NCBI RefSeq assembly: GCF_022045235.1
Contig: NW_027266319.1
Coordinates: 26,226,001 to 26,290,000, forward strand
Reading direction: 5' to 3'
DNA from: Haliotis cracherodii
Taxonomy: Eukaryota
Length of the DNA: 64,000 nt
Under the pieces are notes generated by a model. It saw nothing but the letters and a program-made list of their open reading frames with translations. It ran no database searches and was not told where the DNA came from. Position numbers and translations under genes: made by a program. Below, piece after piece: positions 53,125 to 64,000 of the stretch (the stretch's first letter is position 1; the number at the start of each line of letters is the position of its first letter).

Positions 53125-53825
53125 TCCGGATAAGGGAGGTTATGTTGGTATAAAACTCTGGATTAAATTAAATTTAGTTGGCATTTTGTTGTGATTTAAT
53201 TAGGTTAATTTTGTATATAGTCCCAGATTAGTAAGGTTTAGTTAAATTGTATAAAGTTCCGGATAGATGAGATTACGTTTGTATACAGTTGCGGATAGAT
53301 AAGGTTTAGTTTGTGCATAGTTTAGGATTAATAGGGTTTAATTTGTTTATAGCTTCGGATAAATGAGCCTAAATTTGTGTATAGTTCTGGGTTAATAAAG
53401 GTGAGTGTGTATATATATGAGCGTATGTCCGGATAGATGAGATTAAGTTTGTATGTATTTACGGATAAATGAGGTTCAGGTTTAATATATAGTTGTGCAT
53501 TATGTACCTATTATTTTTGGATAGTTTCAGATTAATGAGGCTTAGTTTGTATATAGTTCTGGATAAATCAGGTTTAGTTTGTAAATAGGTCTGTATCCGT
53601 TAAGTTTCATTTGCACATAGTTTCGGATAAATCAGGTTTAGTTTGAATACAGTTCCGGCGGAAATTGAGTTTTAGTTTGTATAATAGTTTCGGATTAATT
53701 ATGTTCAATTTGTGTCTAGTTATGGATGAATGAGGTTTAGTTTGTATTTAGTTACCTATAAATGAGGTTTAGTTTGTATTTAGTTACGTATAAATGAGGT
53801 TTAGTTTGTACATATAGCCGGATCA
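53125..53825 (+). repeat. Degenerate ~32-bp minisatellite (~21 copies)
   Basis: Consensus ~GGATAAATGAGGTTTAGTTTGTATATAGTTCC. Confidence 0.85.
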
Positions 53826-55394
53826 TTCCGGTATTGCCAGTATACTAGATTTCCCTCATAGCGAAAGCATCCACTTCGCAAAGGATATCCCGCAAGGATA
53901 AAGGAATAATCAGGAATAATTAGGTTAAACTGGTATGGAATTTCATGTTAAACCTTTATGCGGCGGTACTTATTTGACACAGCATTGTTATTGCTGCCTT
54001 CATATCTGATTAGATTGCAAATAAATGCTTATTTCGACAATTATTATACTTTCCAACTATAATCAATAATAGGCATGAGTGGAGCTTTATTACCACCCAG
54101 ATAAATGTCTTTTCGGATCGGATTAATCTCAACGATTCAACCAATATCAATACTTTCGAAATGTGACAAATAGACCAATCCATCATGAATATTAGACGTC
54201 GTTGAAAAATAAATCATGTATTACCATAATAAATCTATTTTTTCTGAGTTATTCCGTTGCCTATCAGAGAATTGTTACCAGAGAATAATCTAGATCACTT
54301 GAGTTGCATTTATCATGGGAAATTTGCCAAACATTTTCAGAAGCGAAATGTTCTCACTTGCTTCATGCAATTAGAATAAAAACGGTTTGACGTCTTACTC
54401 GCGGCTGTGCATAACCGTTTCATTTCGTTCGGGATTTGACAAGATTTTTTTTTTATGAACTCAGCATTATTTTTGCAGCGTACATAAAACTAAAACTTTG
54501 AAATGCCAAACAATCACCTTCGAGGTGAAACTTGAGAGCTTTCAATGAACAGTTCAACACTTATTTAATAAGGAACGTAGGTTATCAGTCAAACTAAAGT
54601 CCACAATCAAAATAACTTCAAATGCCCTTCGTTATAATCTGAACTCATTTAATGAAATAACACGATCACTGTGTATGTGTATGTGTACACCAAAACCTTG
54701 TGTCGTTGTTGGGACACAAAATTGCTGTTTCAACGTTATCGACAAATGTAAAGAAGCCCTTAAAATGGAACTAGACTCCTATGCCCGTGCCCAGTGTAGG
54801 TCTAGAATTGTAATTACTACGTTGTGTCAAACTGAGGCATTTCCTTTGCATAATAAGTGTAATTATACAAAAACAATATATTGTGAGGTAGATATGCGTA
54901 AAAGTCGCTCTTAAAGAATCCATACAAAATTAAGCCTGCTACCTGACCAGGTCATGGGCCGGGAACGCAACATTTAAGTATCAGATAGTCCCGGGAAAGC
55001 CGAACTCGTAATTGCTTTTCACTGTCCACGCTGATGTTGCTGAACGCGACGTAAAATCATATTAATCACAGATAAAGGTTACTTGTAAAGTTCATACAAT
55101 CCTAAGTATTGAATCCTAGAAGGGACATTGTCGCGTTATCGCATTGTCCTTACAAAAACAACGAAAACGTGTCAAAATTGACCAAAACGCGACAAATGCG
55201 ATGAAGCGACAGTTTGGCCATTTGTCGTATTGTCGAGCTTTTATTTTTTTATTTAACAAAGGTCGACAAGGTCAAAATATATCGCCATACTTAGGATTCC
55301 ATACTTATATAACAAACTACCATAACCTTATCGGTAATGATACCAAATACATATATTCAGATTTTCTTCATATCGTGGTAATAGAACACATTGC

Positions 55395-55500
55395 TGAACA
55401 CCGGTGGGGCAGGATACGATCACCTTTTCGCGGTATCATAACCTGGTATCATCACTATTTGATAGTGAGTCATAAACTGATGTTCATGATATAGTAGGAA
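55395..55500 (+). repeat. Dispersed repeat also at ~7155-7255 and ~10395-10495
   Basis: Shared CACCGGTGGGGCAGGATACG...ACCTTTTC...ACCTGGTATCA...CTATTTGA.AGTGA. Confidence 0.65.
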
Positions 55501-58500
55501 TCGTACAGTCGACTCTGTTTTGGCAGAGATATTCTATTTTCTCATTACTATTTTGTCAACGATAACTGCTGTGTTGCAAGATATTAAAAAACGGTAATGG
55601 GGAAGAACATTGTCAATTGTTTTATGTACAAAACTATAACGACCCAATAACCGCAGATGGTGCGAGGCCAGATGTTTCGATCCTGCTCAAAACGGCACGT
55701 ACGACAGTTGATAAGAAATATTGTGCGAATGTCCCTCTTAAAGTGTACAATAAACGATTGTCTTGTTGAGCAATTTACAGCTAAAACGATCCGAACGTTT
55801 TTATTTCTTGGGAGACAATAATCTTGCTATTTTCTGAGAAAGTAATTTTCAAGATTTTCTTTGAAAAAAGGACATACGCTATGTCTGAGCGCCGGGACCA
55901 GATGCCATCGGCGGAAACAAGAAGTGATAGTCATATAGCTGAAATTGGTATCAGCGTTAATTCACTACTCACAAGCCTTACCATAGCGCGCAAAATCCTC
56001 GTCATACAATATGTTGGCTGACGTTTCCTTAAATTAACTTCCGTCGAATCTCACAGAAGCCGCACTGACGATGCTTGGTCCAAGGACTCCCTCCATTGGA
56101 TACCCCTTTTCCAACCATGAAGGTCCCGCACTGACTACCGACCCTCCAACCAAGGAGCCCTTTTATCAAAGCCCGTCGTATGCAACAGACGCCGGACTGT
56201 AGATAAAAGAACAGCATTGGCTCTAACACGAACCACAATTTTCAAAACTTGAACCAAGGATTCCATTTGCCTGTATTTGCCGTACTGCCGATCCACGTGC
56301 GGCTTTCACGTTATGAGAAGAAACTCTCAAATCTCGACCCCATTGACCACCCATTGCCAAACCTCGCAGAGGTGGTTCTGTCAATCCAAAACTTTCATCC
56401 TCGACCCCCTTTGGTGACCATTAAGCTGTTTCTCTCATGTCAGTAACGGCCAAGTCATCACCATTCCTGGATAGGAGCGAAGCTTGGGGTTGATAAAAGT
56501 TAAAACCATTTCTGTTGATAGTCGGTTTGTTTTTCTCTGTCGGGGATGAGCTAATCAATGGGCCCAACCATCTCTGACTGCGCACAAGGCTTTTATTCGG
56601 TTCCCTATATGGTGCAGTTTGTTAAACCTATGCCAATCCAAACCCAAATGCAAGAATTGAAAAAGCCACCCTACTCACGCAGCTTCACACAATTTAACTC
56701 ACTCACTCACTTATTCGTTAACTCATCACCGATAATAAAATGGTAATTTCGCGGTCAATGAGTGAGTGACTGTGCTCAGTGAGTGAGTGAGTGAGTGGAT
56801 AGTGGGGTATTCGAGTGAGTGAGTGAGGCATCACGGTATGTCAGCTCAGTGGGGGACCACGTTGGTATTGTGTATGCCCTAGACGTTCACCACTCGAAAT
56901 CCACGAGCGCGAGTCAAACAAAGAGTCACATAAAGGCGAATCTGGATTTCCAACCCTCGACCATCGGATTCTGTCATAATAAAGGGACTCAACTCAGAAC
57001 AACGATCATATTAGTGTAGTTAAAATGTTCGAATTTAAATTCGAATATGGTATTAGGTTTATGCATTCATGCTCACATGGACTGTGGCAGTGACGAAAAA
57101 TATACCTCTGTAACTACTACTCATAACTACCGATTAAATTCTTCTCTGAGTGTTTGGTTGCATTGGACCAAGTAGTTGTAACCAGCAAGGTTCATTTCTC
57201 AGTAAATATACGGTGTACGGTATATGATACATCACGATGGCATCTCCTATTATTCTTTTCAAAGCAACTGATTGATTTTGTTCTTTTCATACTCTCGACA
57301 AACCTACATTGTTTTCCCAAAACGACTTGCAGTGTCCATTATATAGTGTGATGTGTCGCTGTGAGGCAAATACCATTCCTAGGTCTCATGTGGAACAATA
57401 TTGCTCTACATTGTTCATATTACCATGGCAACCACGTTGTTCACGTGCTACTTGAAAGATGCCCACGTCAGCCATTTCGAATGCTGGCCATTTATATTTT
57501 CATATTTCCAGCTTGAACTTGAACCATTATTTTCACTAACCGAATTCGTTTTGGAATGGCATTGTCCCAGCGGCCTTTGTCCACGTGAATGTTCCTCAGA
57601 TACGCCCTGACATAACTGCAACATTATTAAAGCAGCGTTAAGCCAAACTCACTCACTCACTCGCTCACTCACTCACTCTATCACTTGTCCGTTTTTGGTC
57701 AATGATACACCAACCCTGAGTGGCTTCATTAGGGATCAAACCGAGAACTTCTGCGTGATGAACGAACGCTTTAGCCACTAGGCTCATCAAACGCTAATGC
57801 AGCGGTTAAGTTGCAAAATTATTTTCATTCCTTTCTGTGTGCCTGTATTTATAGTTGGTAAAGATGCAAGTATGAATTATCTGCACGTATATCCATACAT
57901 AAGAGTAAAGCAACTTGCAAATCGGATGGTCGAAGGTTTGCGTTCAAAGGTGTTATTCATTTTTTTTTTTTTTGTGAAACTCACGTTAATACCTGGCAAG
58001 ATACTTGTAACAGAATGGAGTTGTACAAAAATAAAATTATTACTGTTGATATTAACAAAGAAAAAGAAAAAAACACCTTTAAAAATTGTATTGTCCATTC
58101 CACCCCTATTTCTTAAAATCACTCTCCATCTTCAAGTATCCTTTGACGTTTAAACTTGAAACACTATGTATAAACGCAGGCGATCAAGTCTACAACACTC
58201 TGTACATTCAGAAACAACAAAGAGACACGAATGGTGTTATCCAACCTTTTCGCGTTTGTAAATGCCAGAAGCCAAAACTATGAAAACTGTCGCTCGTCAA
58301 GCCAAGGACCCGGGTTCAAATCCCCACATGGCTATAATGTTTAAGGCTTTCTTGGGTATCACCTGGTGTGAAATAGCTGGCAAATAATGCTGAATGTGGA
58401 GTGACATTCAAAGCACACCCCTACACCCTTCGTTTTTACCAACGATCCAATTACTGACAGCTCTTACACTTTATCACTACGGTATCGAGTTGTAACATAG

Positions 58501-60068
58501 GGGATGAAGTTTATGGAAAACGCTTGGCTAAGATTCTAAATCTCGGGAAAAATTGTACACTTAGGTGCATGGATTTGACTTAAAGGATGCTGGGAAGCAA
58601 TCAAGGGGAATTCCTGTGCACTGCTGACTTTCACTTCCGGACAGTACTAGTGTTTGCCGTGTTTCAGAAGCACTTCCACGAAACAGATAATTAGGACCCG
58701 GATTTGAGCAGCAGTTTCCAACACTTTTTAAAAAGGTTAATCCGGTGTTTTTTTCAGAAATTTCAAATCTTAAAGGTTTAAATCCCCGCAAGAAATACGT
58801 GACTTCTTTAAGTGCATCCTTAATATCACTACAAAAAGTAACATAGAATCAACTACCTTTTCAAACTTGTTTGCTTTAGGGATATTTCTTCTGAGCAATG
58901 CTTAGAGTATTGATGGGAACTCGATAATGACGTTACACTTTAAGGCTGTGCTGCTGTCATGATGAATACAGAGACAGATTATACAACCTGATAGAGTAGG
59001 ATAGGCATCAATGTATACATGTTATATTATGAGACGTCAAGTATAAGCTCTTTCCGTTTTAGATATTGATGATGGGACCATCCCTACCCCTTATAATTAT
59101 CACGACTGTACCTAAACAGGTATTGGAAACGGCTTTCTATTTCAATCTCAGTTAGCGCGATGTAAAAAATCAATTAGACATTCAATGTTATAACGCTGAC
59201 CAGTGTCACAGGCATGACACGCCGCATTATAACTGGAATACTGTTAAAAGCGGCGTTAAAACCAACTCACTCACAGGCATGGACTTTTTCTGTGTTGTCA
59301 TTGCTACAGCGCCAGCATGTTGGTCATGTTACTGCAGACTCCAAGGTGCATGAATCAATAGACATGCATGACATATATTGTGACTGATCTTCAAAATATT
59401 TAACAAGCATTTAACAAACGTGTTTTTAAACCTTTGGACGTCCACGTGTTTCAGTTTCTCCAATGACACCTTGATGAACATACTTCGTTCTATGAATCTG
59501 TCAGAATGGTGAAAGAAGTCAACGTGCTGCGAATGTTCTAACAAAACTCAGCATGGTGAAACCATTGAATGTCAATGCTAGGTTTACCGTAGGGTGTTCT
59601 CATTTAGTATGGTGACTTGTAATTCACCTGGATGGCATTGCCATTAAAGAATGATATATCATATATTAGAATTAATTCCTTTTCGTATTGATGTGCACAA
59701 TGTATTCATGTCGTATTTCGTTTCTGACGGATACAGTAAGGACACATTTGCTTGCTGTAATATCACTTATGGATCTCAAGCGAGGAAGGTCTAGTGTATG
59801 CACAAGGAGTGTGATTTATAAACCAGTTGCGATTTGGTATTGTCGCAAAAGTGTGAACAAGCGTGAATGACAAATGGACCCGTTTTTACCAACTGTGTTG
59901 AAGAGGAAACAGATGTTATGCATGCACTGTTTTGCCAAACAAATATTTTTTATAAGATTGTGCTTTAAAACAATCTAAAACGTACGTTTACGAACATACT
60001 GACCAAGCTTATAGGATCACGTGACTGCCAACACGAGTAATTTCCATAGAGGTATCATAAAAATAGAA

Positions 60069-60074
60069 TTTATT
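60069..60074 (-). terminator. Candidate polyadenylation signal AATAAA of the neuropeptide gene
   Basis: Minus-strand AATAAA ~500 bp downstream of the stop codon. Confidence 0.5.
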
Positions 60075-60569
60075 AAATATCAGCAAAGATTCGTTTAATA
60101 TTGCATTAAAACAGTCAAGAAAGTATAGAGTCAGTCAGACAACGAATTACTCATACACTATTACGTTATTCTGTTAATAGTATCTGATGTAACATAATCA
60201 TATAGCTTACAATAAATGTTCTCTTATTGATATGCTTACTTTTATACATATTCGCTATACATAAATGACATGTCAATTGAGAATCCAAAGTTTACGAAGT
60301 TGATAGATTGCAACGCTCACATCACACAAGCACACAGTACCTCAGTGAAATAGAACTGTTCACATAGATCCTCAATAGTCAATAATCATCTCTATAGAAA
60401 GTAAACATTCCTAGCAGGTTGGGAATTGTATTTGCTTATAGTTATCCATCGGGACCACCCTTGGCTCCTTTCTTTCAACAGTCTGTTTGTCATGGCCGTT
60501 TACCTTGAACCCCTCACGTCACCAGTAGTCTCTCGTCCAGTCCGCCTTTTACAGGCTCTGGCTAGGCGC

Positions 60570-61502
60570 CTAGCCTATGAATTCACGTACGCGTTTGTTG
60601 TAGCCGTTGTCGATGCTGTCGTCAAAGCTGAGAAGGCTTCGTTTCCCTATGAACTCACGCACCCTCTTCCTGACGTCTCGTTTCCTCTTTGCAGCCGCTG
60701 GGGAAGGCATCACCGAACGTTTACCGAAGAACTCCCGAAGGCGTTTCTGTTCCTCTATTACGTTCCGTTTGCCAAAGAATTCTCGTAGTCGTTTCTCTTC
60801 CATGGGCCCATCTCGTTTCCCGAAAAACTCTCTGAGGCGCTTGTCATCCACGTGCCCGTCCCGTTTGCCAAAGAACTCTCGGAGCCGTTTCTGTTCCTCT
60901 GGGCCATTGCGTTTACCAAAGAATTCACGAAGACGTTTTTCTTCTACTGGTTGGTCGGACCTTTTGCCAAAGAACTCTCTCAAACGTTTGTCAGCTTCGA
61001 GTCCATCTCGTTTGCCGAAGAATTCCCGTAATCGTTTGTCCGCTGTTACGTCACTCCTTTTGCCAAAGAATTCACGAAGACGCTTGTCGGCACTCAGATC
61101 GCTCCTTTTGCCAAAGAATTCTCTCAGTCTCTTATCAGCACTTAGATCGCCACTCCGTTTCCCAAAGAATTCCCTTAGCCTTTTATCAGCACTGGGATCG
61201 CTTCGCTTACCAAAGAATTCACGAAGTCTCTTGTCCGGATTATCACTTCGTTTTCCAAAGAATTCCCTTAAACGTTTGTCCTCCCTTTTACCAAAGAAAT
61301 CCCTGACTCGCTTGTCGTATGTTCCATAGTCCTGGCCAAAACCTTCAGCAGAGTCCGCTGAACTTAAATCTCTCTTACCAAAGAACTCCCTGAGTCGTTT
61401 ATCGGGTGTGGCCCCCACGTCCCTACGATCCCGGTCTGCCTGTCCCCCGGACACGACAAGTAGGGTTAGTCCGGCCACTAGAAGTTGATGCAAGGGCGGC
61501 AT
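60570..61502 (-). CDS. Neuropeptide precursor, PRQFVamide/LRNFVamide-family pentapeptides (13x LREFFamide, 1x VRDFFamide, 2x VREFIamide), 310 aa, single coding exon
   Basis: Hydrophobic N-terminal signal peptide (MPPLHQLLVAGLTLLVVSGGQA) followed by an RDRR site. Repeated KR-xR(E/D)F(F/I)-G-KR cassettes have mostly acidic spacers. The last peptide ends Gly-stop. The peptide repeats differ at synonymous positions. Confidence 0.95.
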   Translation of the reverse strand: MPPLHQLLVAGLTLLVVSGGQADRDRRDVGATPDKRLREFFGKRDLSSADSAEGFGQDYGTYDKRVRDFFGKREDKRLREFFGKRSDNPDKRLREFFGKRSDPSADKRLREFFGKRSGDLSADKRLREFFGKRSDLSADKRLREFFGKRSDVTADKRLREFFGKRDGLEADKRLREFFGKRSDQPVEEKRLREFFGKRNGPEEQKRLREFFGKRDGHVDDKRLREFFGKRDGPMEEKRLREFFGKRNVIEEQKRLREFFGKRSVMPSPAAAKRKRDVRKRVREFIGKRSLLSFDDSIDNGYNKRVREFIG

Positions 61503-61524
61503 GCTGGCTCACCGCGCGGGACAC

Positions 61525-61565
61525 AAAATGAGGATACTAGTGAACGCGCGCGCGCCTTTTAAAGC
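61525..61565 (-). promoter_or_regulatory. Candidate core promoter of the neuropeptide gene
   Basis: Minus-strand TTTAAAA (61563-61557), a (GC)n tract, then Inr-like TCATTT with A at 61529, ~27 nt upstream of the ATG. Confidence 0.45.
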
Positions 61566-64000
61566 CAGCTCGTGTACTCTCCGCGCCAGCCCTCCCTCGC
61601 AGCCAAACAGCGGCTGCTAACGCATCTTCATTATAATCATTTAACAATTTGCCGATTTAGGCTCAAATTTATGTGTATGATTAATTTAGCTCTATTAGCG
61701 CGACAGAAGGCTGGATACAGAAATCAATGAACAATCAGTCGTCAGAGAGTGTCATAGCAAAAGCATTGCGACAGACGGAGCAGGGGTGGTTCAATAAGAG
61801 ACTACATTTCTTCTCGGAGGATCAATAGTAAACTTTGTTGTATACGCGAAAGACGGTCCAACCCACGCATCCGCCAACAAGAGGTGTGGCTTGTTGAGTG
61901 ACAGGACGGAGGGGGCGGGATAGTGACTGGCACGAGGGGTGGCTGTTAATAGTGCTTATCTTAGGCCAGCGATCACTTCAACGTGATTCTACTTATTAAG
62001 CGCAGGTTTGTGATCAGCAGAGACGTCTCGGAAAGTCTCCGAACCTCCCGTCTCCTCATAATGAAGCTACTGTCGTTACAGTTTATTTAGTGAAATTGAC
62101 TTTCGAAACCTTGGTCTCAATGTGATTAAAATCTAGGATCTTAAGGCAATTCTTTCTTTTAGGAAATATTTGTTTTAGGTTGTGAAAAATCAATGTTGGT
62201 TCTGGCTATTTGTGCTATGCTGTATGTTTAATGTGTCTATTTAACCCGACACCGAAAACACAGTGAGTTCTATTTGGAATATCAAGTCAAGATGCCCTGA
62301 AGCACAAAGCCCATGGTGATCTGTAAGTTTAGCAACCAGAATCTACGCATGGTTAGGTTAAAATAAGTAATACACTGACGTTTTTATATATCAAATATGC
62401 ACAAAGGTTCGAAAGATACCTCTGAGTGGTTGTTGTTAATTATATCCTTAAATTATTATTCACAGATGAAATTTCCGAAATTTGGATGCTAATTGGCATC
62501 CGAAATATATTTTTTCATCAAAAAACAATATAAATAGCCAGTGTTACATACTACTTAAATTACTTTATATCGCTACTTTGTTCTGATCCGTATTGGAAAT
62601 TTATTTCCATCTAAACCTCGCGCGGACACATTCCCAACGAGACTTATCCTGATGGCCTTTTTATTACAACACAATTATCTCGATTGTCATGTAAAACAAT
62701 AATGTAAACTGTCATCATTTAATGCGTTCCATTAATAATTTTTCAAATATTCTTTTCATCATGACAAGGATATTTATTTTTGAAAATGTGTAATATCAAA
62801 TCCAACCACCTTAACTGTAGTCACCATGTCTCCGAAACCAATAGCTGTAACAAAACACTGCTTTATAACTATAAATGACAATCTCCTTGAACGCAGAGAC
62901 CTTAAACAGATTACAGCGATCAAGGAGAAAGCAAAGTTAATTATTTCCATTTTCATAAGAAGTGCATCAATGTCAGAACGTGACAAGGAACATGGATGAA
63001 ACATATTTTATGATACAAAGGCTTGTGCTATCGATAAACCAATCCGATAACCTGGGTATCATGATCCGATAAATATGCAAAAGGGGAATATACTTTCAAG
63101 CTCCATGTATCAATACGATGCCTTCTTTCTCAATACATTATTGATTAACTATATGCTTAGTTAGTTCCCAATATGCTAATATAAGGCTTTTTATACGTGT
63201 CGCCGAAACATTGCGACAGACATGGTTGCAAGTCATCTGGCACATCACGATAAATTGAGCGGTTCACTCGAAAAATGTATTCATATGCGATTTCTAACGC
63301 TTTTTGATTGAGATGAAATTACGATTTGAACATCCATTATTTTATGACATTATTTGATGATGAGATTATTACCCTCGTGTGTTTTCGTATCGTAAATATC
63401 ATATATTAGAAATTAATTTACCCAGGCTACCACAAGACGGGCAACGGCACATGGTTACAACTGGCGAACCTTTTTAATACCTCGTGTCCAATGAAGTAAC
63501 TTATTTGAGACTGACTTGTTGAAGAATTCCAATCAGCTGTGTCATATTGCAGCTTATTTCAACATTACACGTCAGGAAATTTCCATTCCGTTATGATTGG
63601 TTAAATGAATTTTGAAATATTACCACTCAATTTTCTGCGCAGTACATGACCTCCTCTTTATATTTGAGACAAAGAATTTTAAAGTCTTTCAAAACGATAA
63701 CGAAATACACGACATTCATATTTTCATTGAAATTACTTTTGTAATGCCAAATCTTTTCTTTCGCAAATATACATCGTAACCTGATATAAGGAGAATGTTA
63801 GATGGGATAAATCGGTTATTGGTACTGGTACCAACGGTTGGATGATAAGAATAAAATCCTACCCTCAAATATGATCAATTCACTCCAGACTTACAGTGCT
63901 AAAGTGACGGAGGGAAAGTAACTGTTTCATTCAACCCTGCAATCGATGGGTGTGTCCGTCGCTCACCATGGTAACTGCACCCTCGCGGGACAGATATAAG

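Noticed and set aside
56030-56700. GC-richer, coding-looking stretch with short ORFs
   Set aside because: No recognisable motif or convincing splice structure by eye; needs BLASTX.
60335-60347. 13-nt match (CAGTACCTCAGTG) to satellite array 3 in the neuropeptide 3'UTR
   Set aside because: A single short match; given the many monomer phases and variants it is plausibly chance.
60607-61329. 240-aa antisense ORF over the neuropeptide gene
   Set aside because: Shadow ORF: the amino acids vary exactly where the sense strand has synonymous changes.
62774-63140. Short ORFs on both strands upstream of the neuropeptide gene
   Set aside because: No recognisable domain, and stops occur in all extended frames.

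Overview
This is AT-rich, repeat-dense eukaryotic genomic DNA. The tRNA-derived SINEs with (CACT)n tails and the neuropeptide type suggest a gastropod mollusc, probably abalone-like (inference). One intact protein-coding gene is clear: a single-exon, minus-strand neuropeptide precursor at 60570-61502. It has a signal peptide and 16 Gly-extended pentapeptides (13x LREFFamide, 1x VRDFFamide, 2x VREFIamide) and best fits the molluscan PRQFVamide/LRNFVamide family. The central ~34 kb (14.4-48.0 kb) is an old tandem triplication of a ~10-kb module. Each copy carries a related but independently homogenised satellite array (one 31-bp, two 15-bp). Read on the minus strand, the module could be a decayed gene for a secreted repeat protein. 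The third array is split by a 3.76-kb CMC/EnSpm-type TIR element that appears to hold its own small spliced, polyadenylated transcription unit. The rest comprises a recent 3.27-kb tandem duplication, a FLYWCH-carrying non-autonomous MULE, a MITE, LINE relics (R4/Dong-like, L1/Tx1-like, one unclassified), a Tc1 relic, several SINE families and mini/microsatellites. Almost all long ORFs in the supplied track are artefacts of stop-free satellite monomers.
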